From IMG/VR virus record IMGVR_UViG_3300017747_004268, positions 1 to 41,651 of that record: a stretch of DNA of 41,651 nucleotides; one strand, written 5' to 3'. Source of the stretch: a virus. Its lineage: Duplodnaviria; Caudoviricetes. The notes below the pieces were generated by a model. The model did no database searches and was not told the origin of the DNA. It saw only the letters and a program-made list of their open reading frames with translations. A program made the position numbers and the translations under genes. Below, piece by piece: positions 8,749 through 16,904 of the stretch. Every line of letters begins with the position of its first letter. The first letter of the stretch is position 1.

Positions 8749-9317
8749 AACACTTCATGCAGGTCGGCATTTTGCCGGTGGCGCCACTGCTCGATGCGGC
8801 GGCCCGCCACGCCGCCCGCTTCAATGACGAAACCTGGCGCGAATCCTATCCCGGCAGCCCGCACGCCGATTCGCGCTCGATCTATCTGCGCATGCCGCCG
8901 ACCATCAGCGTCGATTCGGTCTTCAACTCGCTCGAAGTGGTGGACCGCCCGATCATGGCGGAGCGCGCGTTCAGCGAGGCCTGCTCGGCGATCGCCTTGA
9001 TGGTGGGCACGCCCTTGGCGCGCGCCATGATCGTCTCGCTGGCGCCGAACGGTCTGATCGCGCCACACGCCGACGAGGGCCTTTATGCCGAGGCCACCGA
9101 ACGCTATCACCTGGCGATCTTGAGCAACCCCAAGGCGCGTCTGAAAGCCGGCGAAGAAACTCTGCGACTGCGACCCGGCGTGGTGTGGTGGTTCGACAAG
9201 CATGTGACCCATAGCGGGCATAATCTCGGCGAGGCCCCGCGCATCCATCTGATCGTCGATGTCTTCCGCGCGATTAACCGAAATCAGGTTAATTTGCCAC
9301 CGCCCGAGGCCGCTTAA
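8745..9317 (+). CDS. 2OG-Fe(II) oxygenase, aspartyl/asparaginyl beta-hydroxylase-like
   Basis: LAPNGLIAPHAD (HxD), RYHLAI, WWFD...H (distal His), N...RIHLIVD; ATGA overlap with portal. Confidence 0.85.
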   Translation: MKHFMQVGILPVAPLLDAAARHAARFNDETWRESYPGSPHADSRSIYLRMPPTISVDSVFNSLEVVDRPIMAERAFSEACSAIALMVGTPLARAMIVSLAPNGLIAPHADEGLYAEATERYHLAILSNPKARLKAGEETLRLRPGVVWWFDKHVTHSGHNLGEAPRIHLIVDVFRAINRNQVNLPPPEAA

Positions 9318-9338
9318 CCGGCATCTGGTTAATTTTCC

Positions 9339-9367
9339 TTGCATGGCCAATTTTTCCCGCGCAGGAT
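9339..9367 (+). promoter_or_regulatory. Possible sigma70-type promoter for the capsid block
   Basis: TTGCAT-N17-CAGGAT in an AT-rich intergenic patch. Confidence 0.35.
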
Positions 9368-9416
9368 GCCCCTGCTAACGAGAGCCGTTTGTCAACCCCC
9401 GTTGTAGGAGGAATCC

Positions 9417-9452
9417 ATGCGTAAGCGTCGGGGCCGCAAGACGCGGCGTTAA
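9417..9452 (+). CDS. 11-aa Arg/Lys-rich micropeptide MRKRRGRKTRR
   Basis: AGGAGG SD 5 nt upstream of ATG; 8 of 11 residues basic; ends in TAA. Confidence 0.65.
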   Translation: MRKRRGRKTRR

Positions 9453-9554
9453 TGGCATCGGCGGTTTTCGGGTGTGGTTTGTCCAGTCCCCTCTGGTCGT
9501 CGCCTCCTGTCCTCCCAGAAAACCGCCGGTTTCATCCGACTTACGCGAGACACC

Positions 9555-9959
9555 ATGCCAATTCCCCCGCAGATCGCACAAATGGCCGGCGGCGCCCCAG
9601 GCGGCCAAGCCATGTCGCCCGGCGCCGGAGCGCCCAATGCCGCTCCCATGTCGATGCCGACCAAGGACGACGGCAAGGCGATGATCTCGCGCATTCAGGT
9701 CGGGCTGGCGGCCAAGGTGCTCGAACGGGCGCTCACCGGCTTTGGCATCGATTCCGAGGACGGCAAGGCGGTGCTGAAAGCTTTGAGCGCGCTGTCGAAA
9801 TTCGGCGGCGATAGCGACGAGCCGTTTATCCCGGCCGAAATTCAGCAATTGATTTCATCGCTGCCCCAGATGGGCGGCGGTTCGCCCACCCAGCAGGCGA
9901 TGGCAGCCCCGCCCGGCGGCGCCGCCGGCGCTCCACCCCCGCAACCCGGACTGATGTGA
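9555..9959 (+). CDS. Pro/Gly/Ala-rich head-module protein
   Basis: Low-complexity termini with a helical core; upstream of scaffold and capsid. Confidence 0.7.
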   Translation: MPIPPQIAQMAGGAPGGQAMSPGAGAPNAAPMSMPTKDDGKAMISRIQVGLAAKVLERALTGFGIDSEDGKAVLKALSALSKFGGDSDEPFIPAEIQQLISSLPQMGGGSPTQQAMAAPPGGAAGAPPPQPGLM

Positions 9960-9968
9960 GGATTTATC

Positions 9969-10154
9969 ATGGCTGACAAAGGACTGTTCGCCCCCCGTGA
10001 AGCGCCGATTCGCCAGCCGACCTCCGATGCCCAGGTCAACGGCCGCATCATCAACCCGCCGCGCTATGCGCAATTGGGCGGCTTGACGGCCGCGGGCAAG
10101 GTCGGGCCGACCGCGACGCAATATAAGATTTCCAAGCCGGGAGACACCAAGTGA
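9969..10154 (+). CDS. Small head-module protein
   Basis: GAGGA SD; GTGA overlap with the next ORF. Confidence 0.7.
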   Translation: MADKGLFAPREAPIRQPTSDAQVNGRIINPPRYAQLGGLTAAGKVGPTATQYKISKPGDTK

Positions 10155-10675
10155 GCGGCGACCAGGACTCCCTCGAGTTGCAGGCCCAGCTTTATCAAAA
10201 GCTGGTCGGCAATCCCAAGACCCGCGAGGCGACGCTGCGCATGGTCAAGCATGTCTCGCCCGGCCTGATGATCCCCGAGATCGACGCCAAGGACGCGGTG
10301 ATGGCCAAGGTTGGCGAATTGGAAGCCAAGATCGCCGAGCGCGACGAGGCTGATGCCCGCCGCCAGGTCATCAACACCCTGGAAGAACAGAAAAAGCAAT
10401 TGCTGACGCGGCCAGGCTGGGTCGAGGCCGATGTCAAGGCGACCGAGCAGCTGATGATCGAGAAGGGCATCGCCAATTACGCCACGGCGGCCGATTTCCT
10501 CGATCTGCAGCGCCAATCCGCGCTGCCGACGCCGACCCCCGAAACCACCCAGCCGTTCCAGCTTGGCCTGACGTCCGAGGATCTGAAAAATCCCGAGGCC
10601 TGGTCGCGCAAGGTGGCCCATGAGGCGATCAACGAACTCAACACCGCGCGCCGTAACGGCGTGACGCTCAACTAG
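10151..10675 (+). CDS. Putative capsid scaffolding protein
   Basis: Charged coiled-coil ORF directly upstream of the MCP. Confidence 0.6.
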   Translation: MSGDQDSLELQAQLYQKLVGNPKTREATLRMVKHVSPGLMIPEIDAKDAVMAKVGELEAKIAERDEADARRQVINTLEEQKKQLLTRPGWVEADVKATEQLMIEKGIANYATAADFLDLQRQSALPTPTPETTQPFQLGLTSEDLKNPEAWSRKVAHEAINELNTARRNGVTLN

Positions 10676-10686
10676 GAGCCGCCATC

Positions 10687-11697
10687 ATGCCCGTTCTCGG
10701 CACCGGCATCATTCCCTCGGGGTCCATCGGCAACGAGCTGACCTATGTCACGCGCCGCGCCTTCGTCCCCAAGCTCACGGTGCAGATTTACAATTCCTCG
10801 CCCTTGGCGGCGGCGCTGATCTCCAACGCGCAGATGGCCTCTGGCGGTATTTCCTCGGTCACCGTGCCGGTCCAGGGCACGCCCTTCGTGACGCCGCAAT
10901 GGTCGGATTATTCCGGCTCGTTCAACCAGCCGACCGTGCAGCAGGGCGCCTATAACGGCGAGTTCAACCTCAAGCTGCTGATCACGCCGGTGCCCTTCCT
11001 CGGCATGGAAGGCGCGGTGCAGATGGATTTCGCGGTCATCCCGCTGATCGAGGCGCGCATGAACGACGCCGGCAACGGCATGACCGACGTGATCTCGACC
11101 GCGCTCTACAATAACTATTCCAACGTCAACCAGATCATCGGCCTGCCCGGCGCGATCGACGACGGCACCAATCTGGTGACCTACGGCAATCTGTCGCGCA
11201 CCACAAACACCTGGTGGAAGGGCAAGGTCTATACCGTCAGCCCGACGGCCAACCCGACGCGCAACAACGTCATGCAGTATATTTCCGGCACGTTCAAGAA
11301 CGGCGCCGAAATGCCGACCTTCGGCGTCATGGGGGTGGGCACCTGGGCCTTGCTGTCGCAAGACATCATCGGTTCGGAATCCTACCAGATCACGCCGGGC
11401 AACGCCTTCTCGACCCAGCCCAACGGCGCCCAGGCGGCGTTCACGGCGCTGTCGGTCGGCGGCGTGCCGATCTACGCCGATCCTTATTGCCCCGAGGGGC
11501 TGCTGTATTTCGTCAATACGCGCTACCTCTCGCTCTACATCCACAAGAACGCGGCCTTCGCCTTCACCGGCTTCGTCTCGACCATCCCGAACTACCAGCT
11601 CGGCTATGTCGGCGCGGTGGTCGCCATCATGGAAATGGTGGTCGCCAAGCCCAAGGCGATGACCCGCGTGACCGGCTTCAACTCGCTCACCATCTGA
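10687..11697 (+). CDS. Major capsid protein (HK97 fold inferred)
   Basis: 336 aa; AGGAG SD; strongest codon bias; GVPIYADPYCP...LYFVN pattern; position. Confidence 0.85.
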   Translation: MPVLGTGIIPSGSIGNELTYVTRRAFVPKLTVQIYNSSPLAAALISNAQMASGGISSVTVPVQGTPFVTPQWSDYSGSFNQPTVQQGAYNGEFNLKLLITPVPFLGMEGAVQMDFAVIPLIEARMNDAGNGMTDVISTALYNNYSNVNQIIGLPGAIDDGTNLVTYGNLSRTTNTWWKGKVYTVSPTANPTRNNVMQYISGTFKNGAEMPTFGVMGVGTWALLSQDIIGSESYQITPGNAFSTQPNGAQAAFTALSVGGVPIYADPYCPEGLLYFVNTRYLSLYIHKNAAFAFTGFVSTIPNYQLGYVGAVVAIMEMVVAKPKAMTRVTGFNSLTI

Positions 11698-11706
11698 GGT
11701 CAGATC

Positions 11707-12786
11707 ATGCCCATTCATGCGATCGGCTATAGCGGCGGCGTGCTCAGCCTCGGCACGCAGCCCACCAACCAACTGACCTTGCAGGCCGGCGAGACCTATG
11801 TCATCCCGTCGGGCGATTTCATCGTCACGCCGGGGCCTTACACCACGGTGCAGGTCAAGGATCCGGTGAGCGGTGTCTGGATCAACACGGCGCAGACTCC
11901 CAACGCGCCGCTGATGATCAATTCCGACGGCGCCACCATCCGGCTGGCCAACCTGACCGGCTGCGTCATCGGCTGCCTGATCACCAACGGCGGCGCCGAT
12001 TACACCTCGGCCCCGACGGTGACCTTCTCGGCCGGCTCGGCGGTGGCCACCGCCATCCTGGGCGGCGCGGTCTCGACCACCACCACGATTTCCGCCGGCG
12101 GCACCGGCTATACCTATCCCCCCACGGCGCAGATTTCGGTGCCGCCCGGCGTCGGCGTCGCCGCCAAGGCGATCGCCACCCTGTCGGGCACGGCAGTCTC
12201 GGCGCTGACCATCACCGAGCAGGGGGCCGGCTACGGCACCACGGCGCCGACCGTGACTTTCGTCAACGACGCGCGCGACACCACCGGCGCGGGAGCGGCG
12301 GCGACGCTGACCATCGCGGCCGGCCAAACCCAGGTCACCGGCATCGTCATCAACAATCACGGCACGCCGCTGACCGCTGTTCCGACCATCGCCTTCTCGG
12401 GCGGCGGCGGCACCACGGCCTCGGCCACGGCGATCATGGAGTTCGGCGTCACCGGCTTTACCATCAGCGCGGTGGGCGGCAATTATGGCGCCTCGACCGG
12501 CTTTGGCATCATCACCATGGGCGGCGTGGTGGCGGGCACCGCGGCCTATACCTCGACCATCAAGAAAGTGCTGCAGCCGCGCCAAGCGGTGATCCAGGGC
12601 ACCACCACCTCCGGCGGCGCGGTAACCACGGCGAGCGCCGTGGTCGTCGATGCCGGCCTGTTCCAGGCGGTGCCGGCGGCTCTGGTGCTGGCTGGCGGCG
12701 GCTCGGTGGCCACCACTCAGGCGGCGGTCACCATGACGGTCGGCGGGGTGCAGGATCAGCTCACCATCCAGCCGTTCCTCGGGTGA
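11707..12786 (+). CDS. Thr/Gly/Ala-rich virion protein (decoration/spike-like)
   Basis: Repeated GGxxYTxxPTVTF units; directly after the MCP. Confidence 0.65.
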   Translation: MPIHAIGYSGGVLSLGTQPTNQLTLQAGETYVIPSGDFIVTPGPYTTVQVKDPVSGVWINTAQTPNAPLMINSDGATIRLANLTGCVIGCLITNGGADYTSAPTVTFSAGSAVATAILGGAVSTTTTISAGGTGYTYPPTAQISVPPGVGVAAKAIATLSGTAVSALTITEQGAGYGTTAPTVTFVNDARDTTGAGAAATLTIAAGQTQVTGIVINNHGTPLTAVPTIAFSGGGGTTASATAIMEFGVTGFTISAVGGNYGASTGFGIITMGGVVAGTAAYTSTIKKVLQPRQAVIQGTTTSGGAVTTASAVVVDAGLFQAVPAALVLAGGGSVATTQAAVTMTVGGVQDQLTIQPFLG

Positions 12787-12790
12787 TCGC

Positions 12791-13354
12791 ATGCTCTATG
12801 TGACCAACCGCAACAAGGACACCCTGACCGATCGCTATAACGGTCAGTCCTTCACCTTTCCGCCCAACGAGCCGGTGCCCATTCCGCTCGACGCCGCCCG
12901 CCATATCTTCGCCTATGACGGCGGCGACGTGGTGGAGGTGCTGACTCGTCTCGGCCGCATGCGCTATTCCGAGGAACAGCATGTCAAGGCGGCCAAGGCC
13001 TGGTTGCGCAAGTTCGAGTTCACCGGCGAGGCCTCGCGCTACGACGCCCGCGAATCCATGGTGGCGGTGACCAATGGCTGGAAGGAAACCTTCGCCGACC
13101 GCTACGACGGCGAGGACTACCAGATCGAGCCGGGCAAGACGGCGGTGATGCCCGAAGGCGCCGCCGTGCTGTTCTTCGGCTATAAGAAGGACGACAAGAC
13201 CGACGCCCTGATCCGCCAGGGCTGGTATAACACGGCGCGGCCCAACACCCGCGAGCTGGCCGACAACGTGCTGGCCGCCTTCACCATCGAGCCGATGATC
13301 CATGCGACCCATCCGGCGGATGCCGGCAAGCGCCTGATTCTGCCGGTGAAGTAA
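12791..13354 (+). CDS. Head-module protein with a tandem duplicated domain
   Basis: VTN...DRYNG...P...AARHIFAY and VTN...DRYDG...P...AAVLFFGY. Confidence 0.75.
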   Translation: MLYVTNRNKDTLTDRYNGQSFTFPPNEPVPIPLDAARHIFAYDGGDVVEVLTRLGRMRYSEEQHVKAAKAWLRKFEFTGEASRYDARESMVAVTNGWKETFADRYDGEDYQIEPGKTAVMPEGAAVLFFGYKKDDKTDALIRQGWYNTARPNTRELADNVLAAFTIEPMIHATHPADAGKRLILPVK

Positions 13355-13355
13355 T

Positions 13356-14045
13356 GTGCCGGCGGTCCCCACCCTTTCGCGTTATCTGACCCAGACGCGC
13401 CGCCTGCTGCGCGACGCCAATTCGACCTACTGGACCGATAACGAACTGACCGACCATATCAACACGGCGCGCGCCCAGACCGTGATGGACACTGGCTGCC
13501 TGCGCGGGTTGTGCGAATTCGTCACCGTGGTCGGCCAGGAATTTTACGATTATTTCGACACCTTCCTGACCGGTGCCTCGCCGCCCTATACCATGACGGT
13601 GACCAACGGCACCACGGTGCAGACCTCCGCCGTGGTCGATATCATGGGCATCAACGTGATTTGGAGCCAGACCCGCTATCCCTTGATGAACAGCGCGTTC
13701 TCGCGCCAGTCGGCCTATTTCCGGCCATGGACCAATTACCAGCAGCAGCCGGCGACCTTCGCCACCTATGGCCAGCGCGGCTTCAATCTGGCGCCGATCC
13801 CCGACCAGGCCTATGACTGCGAAGCCGATGTGGTCTATCTGCCGGTCGATATGGCCGCACCCACCGACGAGGAGGTGATCGACTTTCCCTTCACCGATTG
13901 CGTGCCCTTCTATGCCGCGTTCAAGGCGCAGTTGAGCTACCAGTCGTTCGAGAAGGCGGCCGGTTTGAAGATGCTCTACGCCCAGCGCGCGGTGGAGTGC
14001 ATCAGCCAAACCAAAAGCCGCATGATCCCGAATGCTTACGAGTAA
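13356..14045 (+). CDS. Head-tail adaptor (tail tubular A-like)
   Basis: TRRLLRD...WTDNELTDHINTA helical N-terminus; LAPIPDQAY; position. Confidence 0.7.
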   Translation: MPAVPTLSRYLTQTRRLLRDANSTYWTDNELTDHINTARAQTVMDTGCLRGLCEFVTVVGQEFYDYFDTFLTGASPPYTMTVTNGTTVQTSAVVDIMGINVIWSQTRYPLMNSAFSRQSAYFRPWTNYQQQPATFATYGQRGFNLAPIPDQAYDCEADVVYLPVDMAAPTDEEVIDFPFTDCVPFYAAFKAQLSYQSFEKAAGLKMLYAQRAVECISQTKSRMIPNAYE

Positions 14046-16065
14046 GCCCGCCGGGCCGCGCTTCGATCCTTATCAGGCCATGGCGGCCAAGAAGGCCGGG
14101 CCGCCGCCGCCGCAGGATCACAAATCCGTGACCGTGCGCGATTTCCAGGGCGTCAATACCCAGGCGCACCGCTCGGCGATCAAGGATGAGCAATTCGCCT
14201 GGCTGGAAAACGTCATCCCGGTCGGCCTGGGCAATCTGCGCGCGGTGCCCAAGGAGGCCGCCAGCGCGCTATGGACCTCGCCCTCGGGCGACATCGAGAC
14301 GGCGCATTGGGGGGTGCTGTCCACCACCTCCTATGTCTTCGTCATCACCTCGACGGGCGCCGCCTATCAGGTCAAGCTGTCGGACGGCAGCCAGACGGTG
14401 ATTGCCCCAGCCGGCACCTTCTCGACCTCGGGCGTGGCGCTCGCCATGTGGCAGAATCTCTATCTGCTGATCACCGACCCGGCCAATGGCTATTTTTCCT
14501 GGGACGGCACGTTTCTTTACGGCACCGGCAAGATTTTCTCGCTTGAGGTGAGCAACGCCGGCATCAATTACACCTCGGCGCCGACCCTGGTCTTCACCGG
14601 CGGCAACGGCGCCAGCGCCACAGGCACCGTGCTGATGACGGCGATCTCGGCCTCGCCTTCGGCCGGCGGCTCGGGCTATTCCACCGCCGATGTGCTGACG
14701 ATCTCGGGCGGCACTTCGACGCTCTCGACCGAATTTCGGGTGGACGGAATCAGCGGCGGCGGCGCGGTCTCCACCGTCTCGATCGTGCGCGGCGGCGTCT
14801 ATTCCACGCTACCGGCCAATCCGGCCGCCACCACCGGCGGCCACGGATCGAGCGCCACGCTGACCATTTCCTGGGGCATCGGTTCGGCCAATCTGACCAA
14901 CCCTGGCAGCGGCTATCTCTCGGCGCCCAATGTCACGGTGACCGGCGGCGGCGGCACTCAAGCGGCGGTGGTGGCGACCGAATTTCCCGCGGCGCCCTAT
15001 ACTCTGCCGACCGTCGGCAACCCGCAGATCGCCACCTTTCAGGGCCGCGTCTGGTTGTCCTCGGGACGCCAGGTGTTCTTCACCTCGGCCAATTCCATTA
15101 CCGATTTCACCTCGTCCTCGGCGGGCTCCTTCACGCTGCGCGACGAGGTCCATTCGGGCATCATCACGTCGCTCACGCCCGCCAACGATTTCCTCTATGT
15201 CGCCACCGCCACGGCGATCAACACCATCGGCGATCTGCTGGTGTCGGGCACCCCGGCGGTGACCACCTTCTCCAACGTCAACATCAGCCCGACCCTGGGC
15301 GTGGCCTTCCCGCTCGGCATCACGCCGTTTTTGCGCGCCATCGTCATCGTCACGCCCTACGGCGTCTATTCGCTCTATGGCGTCACGCCGCAGAAGATTT
15401 CCGACGATCTGGACGGCATCTGGACCGATATTCATCTCGGGCACCTGATGAGTTCGGGCCAGGTCTCGATCTACAATCAGTTGTGCTACGTATTCTTGTT
15501 TCACTATCACGACCCGGCGGGTGCAACCCGGCCGCTCCTGGCGCTGATCGTCAACGGCAAGTGGTTTTTCGGCTCGCAAGGCGCCGATCTGACCCAGATC
15601 ATCTCGGCCGGCCCCGATGGCACCCCCGATCTCTACGGCGCCTATGGCGCGGTGCTCAAACAGCTATTTTCCGACGAAACCGCCGATATCGACACGTTGA
15701 TCCAGACCAAGCTCTACGATTTCGGCGATCCGGTCTTCGACAAGATCATGCTGCGCTCCAATATCACCGCGCTGCTCGCCCAATCGACGCCCTTCACGGT
15801 GCAGCCGGTCACCGAGCTGTCGGGCGCCACGATTCCGCCCGCCACCTCGCAAAACGCCATCACCTGGATCAATCAGGACGGCGACACGGTGAGTTGGATC
15901 AACAACGTGAGCGCGCCGGTGACGTGGTTTTCCGGCGGCTTCCAGATCAACTCCTTCCCGCTCAATTCGATCTCGAAATATTGGGGGCAGAACATCACGG
16001 CCGACGCGCCGGGCTGGAAAATCACCGCGCTCAACTATCAATTCGACGTGGGAGCCGACTGGTGA
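14032..16065 (+). CDS. Tail nozzle/stabilisation protein (tubular B / P22 gp10-like) with inserted GYTxAP repeats; start may be 14080
   Basis: FQGVNT...WLENVIP N-terminus; beta-rich (ATFQGRVW); follows the adaptor. Confidence 0.7.
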   Translation: MLTSKPAGPRFDPYQAMAAKKAGPPPPQDHKSVTVRDFQGVNTQAHRSAIKDEQFAWLENVIPVGLGNLRAVPKEAASALWTSPSGDIETAHWGVLSTTSYVFVITSTGAAYQVKLSDGSQTVIAPAGTFSTSGVALAMWQNLYLLITDPANGYFSWDGTFLYGTGKIFSLEVSNAGINYTSAPTLVFTGGNGASATGTVLMTAISASPSAGGSGYSTADVLTISGGTSTLSTEFRVDGISGGGAVSTVSIVRGGVYSTLPANPAATTGGHGSSATLTISWGIGSANLTNPGSGYLSAPNVTVTGGGGTQAAVVATEFPAAPYTLPTVGNPQIATFQGRVWLSSGRQVFFTSANSITDFTSSSAGSFTLRDEVHSGIITSLTPANDFLYVATATAINTIGDLLVSGTPAVTTFSNVNISPTLGVAFPLGITPFLRAIVIVTPYGVYSLYGVTPQKISDDLDGIWTDIHLGHLMSSGQVSIYNQLCYVFLFHYHDPAGATRPLLALIVNGKWFFGSQGADLTQIISAGPDGTPDLYGAYGAVLKQLFSDETADIDTLIQTKLYDFGDPVFDKIMLRSNITALLAQSTPFTVQPVTELSGATIPPATSQNAITWINQDGDTVSWINNVSAPVTWFSGGFQINSFPLNSISKYWGQNITADAPGWKITALNYQFDVGADW

Positions 16066-16403
16066 GTTCGATCACGCTGGCCTCCGACGCGCTGTTTTCA
16101 AACAAGGGCGCCCTGGCGGAATTGGCCATGCTCAACGCCATGGCCCATAAGCAATTTCTCATGACCGCCCGAACCCTGTTCGGCATCGATTGGACGACCT
16201 ACCCGCTGTTCGATATCGGCGAGCCGCCGGGCGGCTGGCTGGAAATCCACTACCAGGAACACATCAACATCGCCAATGCGCTGGGCGCCGATGGGCCGCC
16301 CGATCTCGCTTCGGTGGACTTTTCCAAAAAAGAGCAGTTCTATACGTGGCAATTGCTGCATGTGGCGGAACACCAGAAGATTCAGCGGGTGCTCGGTTTG
16401 TAG
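16062..16403 (+). CDS. Hypothetical His-motif protein
   Basis: GTGA overlap; GGAG SD; HYQEH and HVAEH motifs. Confidence 0.7.
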   Translation: MSSITLASDALFSNKGALAELAMLNAMAHKQFLMTARTLFGIDWTTYPLFDIGEPPGGWLEIHYQEHINIANALGADGPPDLASVDFSKKEQFYTWQLLHVAEHQKIQRVLGL

Positions 16404-16430
16404 GACAGGCGGAACGTGGTAGGATGAGCC

Positions 16431-16904
16431 ATGGCTATTGTATTCGCGCTTGAACCCTTCGACACGGCCTATCGGGACGCCGGCCCCATGCTGGCGCGCC
16501 ATTACGACGAGATCGCCGAGAACAAGGAAGCCCTTGGCCCGCTGGCGCCCGATGTGGCGACCTATAAGGCGATCGAGGCCACGGGCCGATTGCGGGTTCT
16601 GGTCGGACGCGACGAAGGCCGCATCGTCGCCTATATCGCTTTCATCGTGACCCGCAATTTGCATTACGATGTGATCGGCGCGAGCGACGACGTTTATTGG
16701 GTGGACCCCGATTATCGCGGCGTGCCGCGGCTGGCGTTGCGGCTGTTCATCGAGGCGGAGAAGATCATGCGTGCCGAGAAGGTGACGATTTCCACCGTCA
16801 AGGCCAAACTGGCGTCCGATCATGAGCGGTTTTTCGCCACGCTCGGCTATCGCCCGTTGGAGCGGGTTTACTGCAAAATCATAGGAAAAGATCATGGCTG
16901 TTAG
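16431..16904 (+). CDS. GNAT-family N-acetyltransferase
   Basis: DVYWVDPDYRG (motif A), RFFATLGY (motif B). Confidence 0.8.
   Translation: MAIVFALEPFDTAYRDAGPMLARHYDEIAENKEALGPLAPDVATYKAIEATGRLRVLVGRDEGRIVAYIAFIVTRNLHYDVIGASDDVYWVDPDYRGVPRLALRLFIEAEKIMRAEKVTISTVKAKLASDHERFFATLGYRPLERVYCKIIGKDHGC

Noticed and set aside
8745-9317. TET/JBP-type DNA base hydroxylase working with the glycosyltransferase (hypermodified DNA)
   Set aside because: Motifs fit the Asp/Asn beta-hydroxylase family and the GT is a TPR-GT41 protein-modifying type; no nucleotide-modification genes nearby
11707-12786. Contractile tail sheath (similar GYTxAP repeats occur in myovirus proteins)
   Set aside because: No sheath core, tube, tape-measure or baseplate genes; the gene order is podovirus-like
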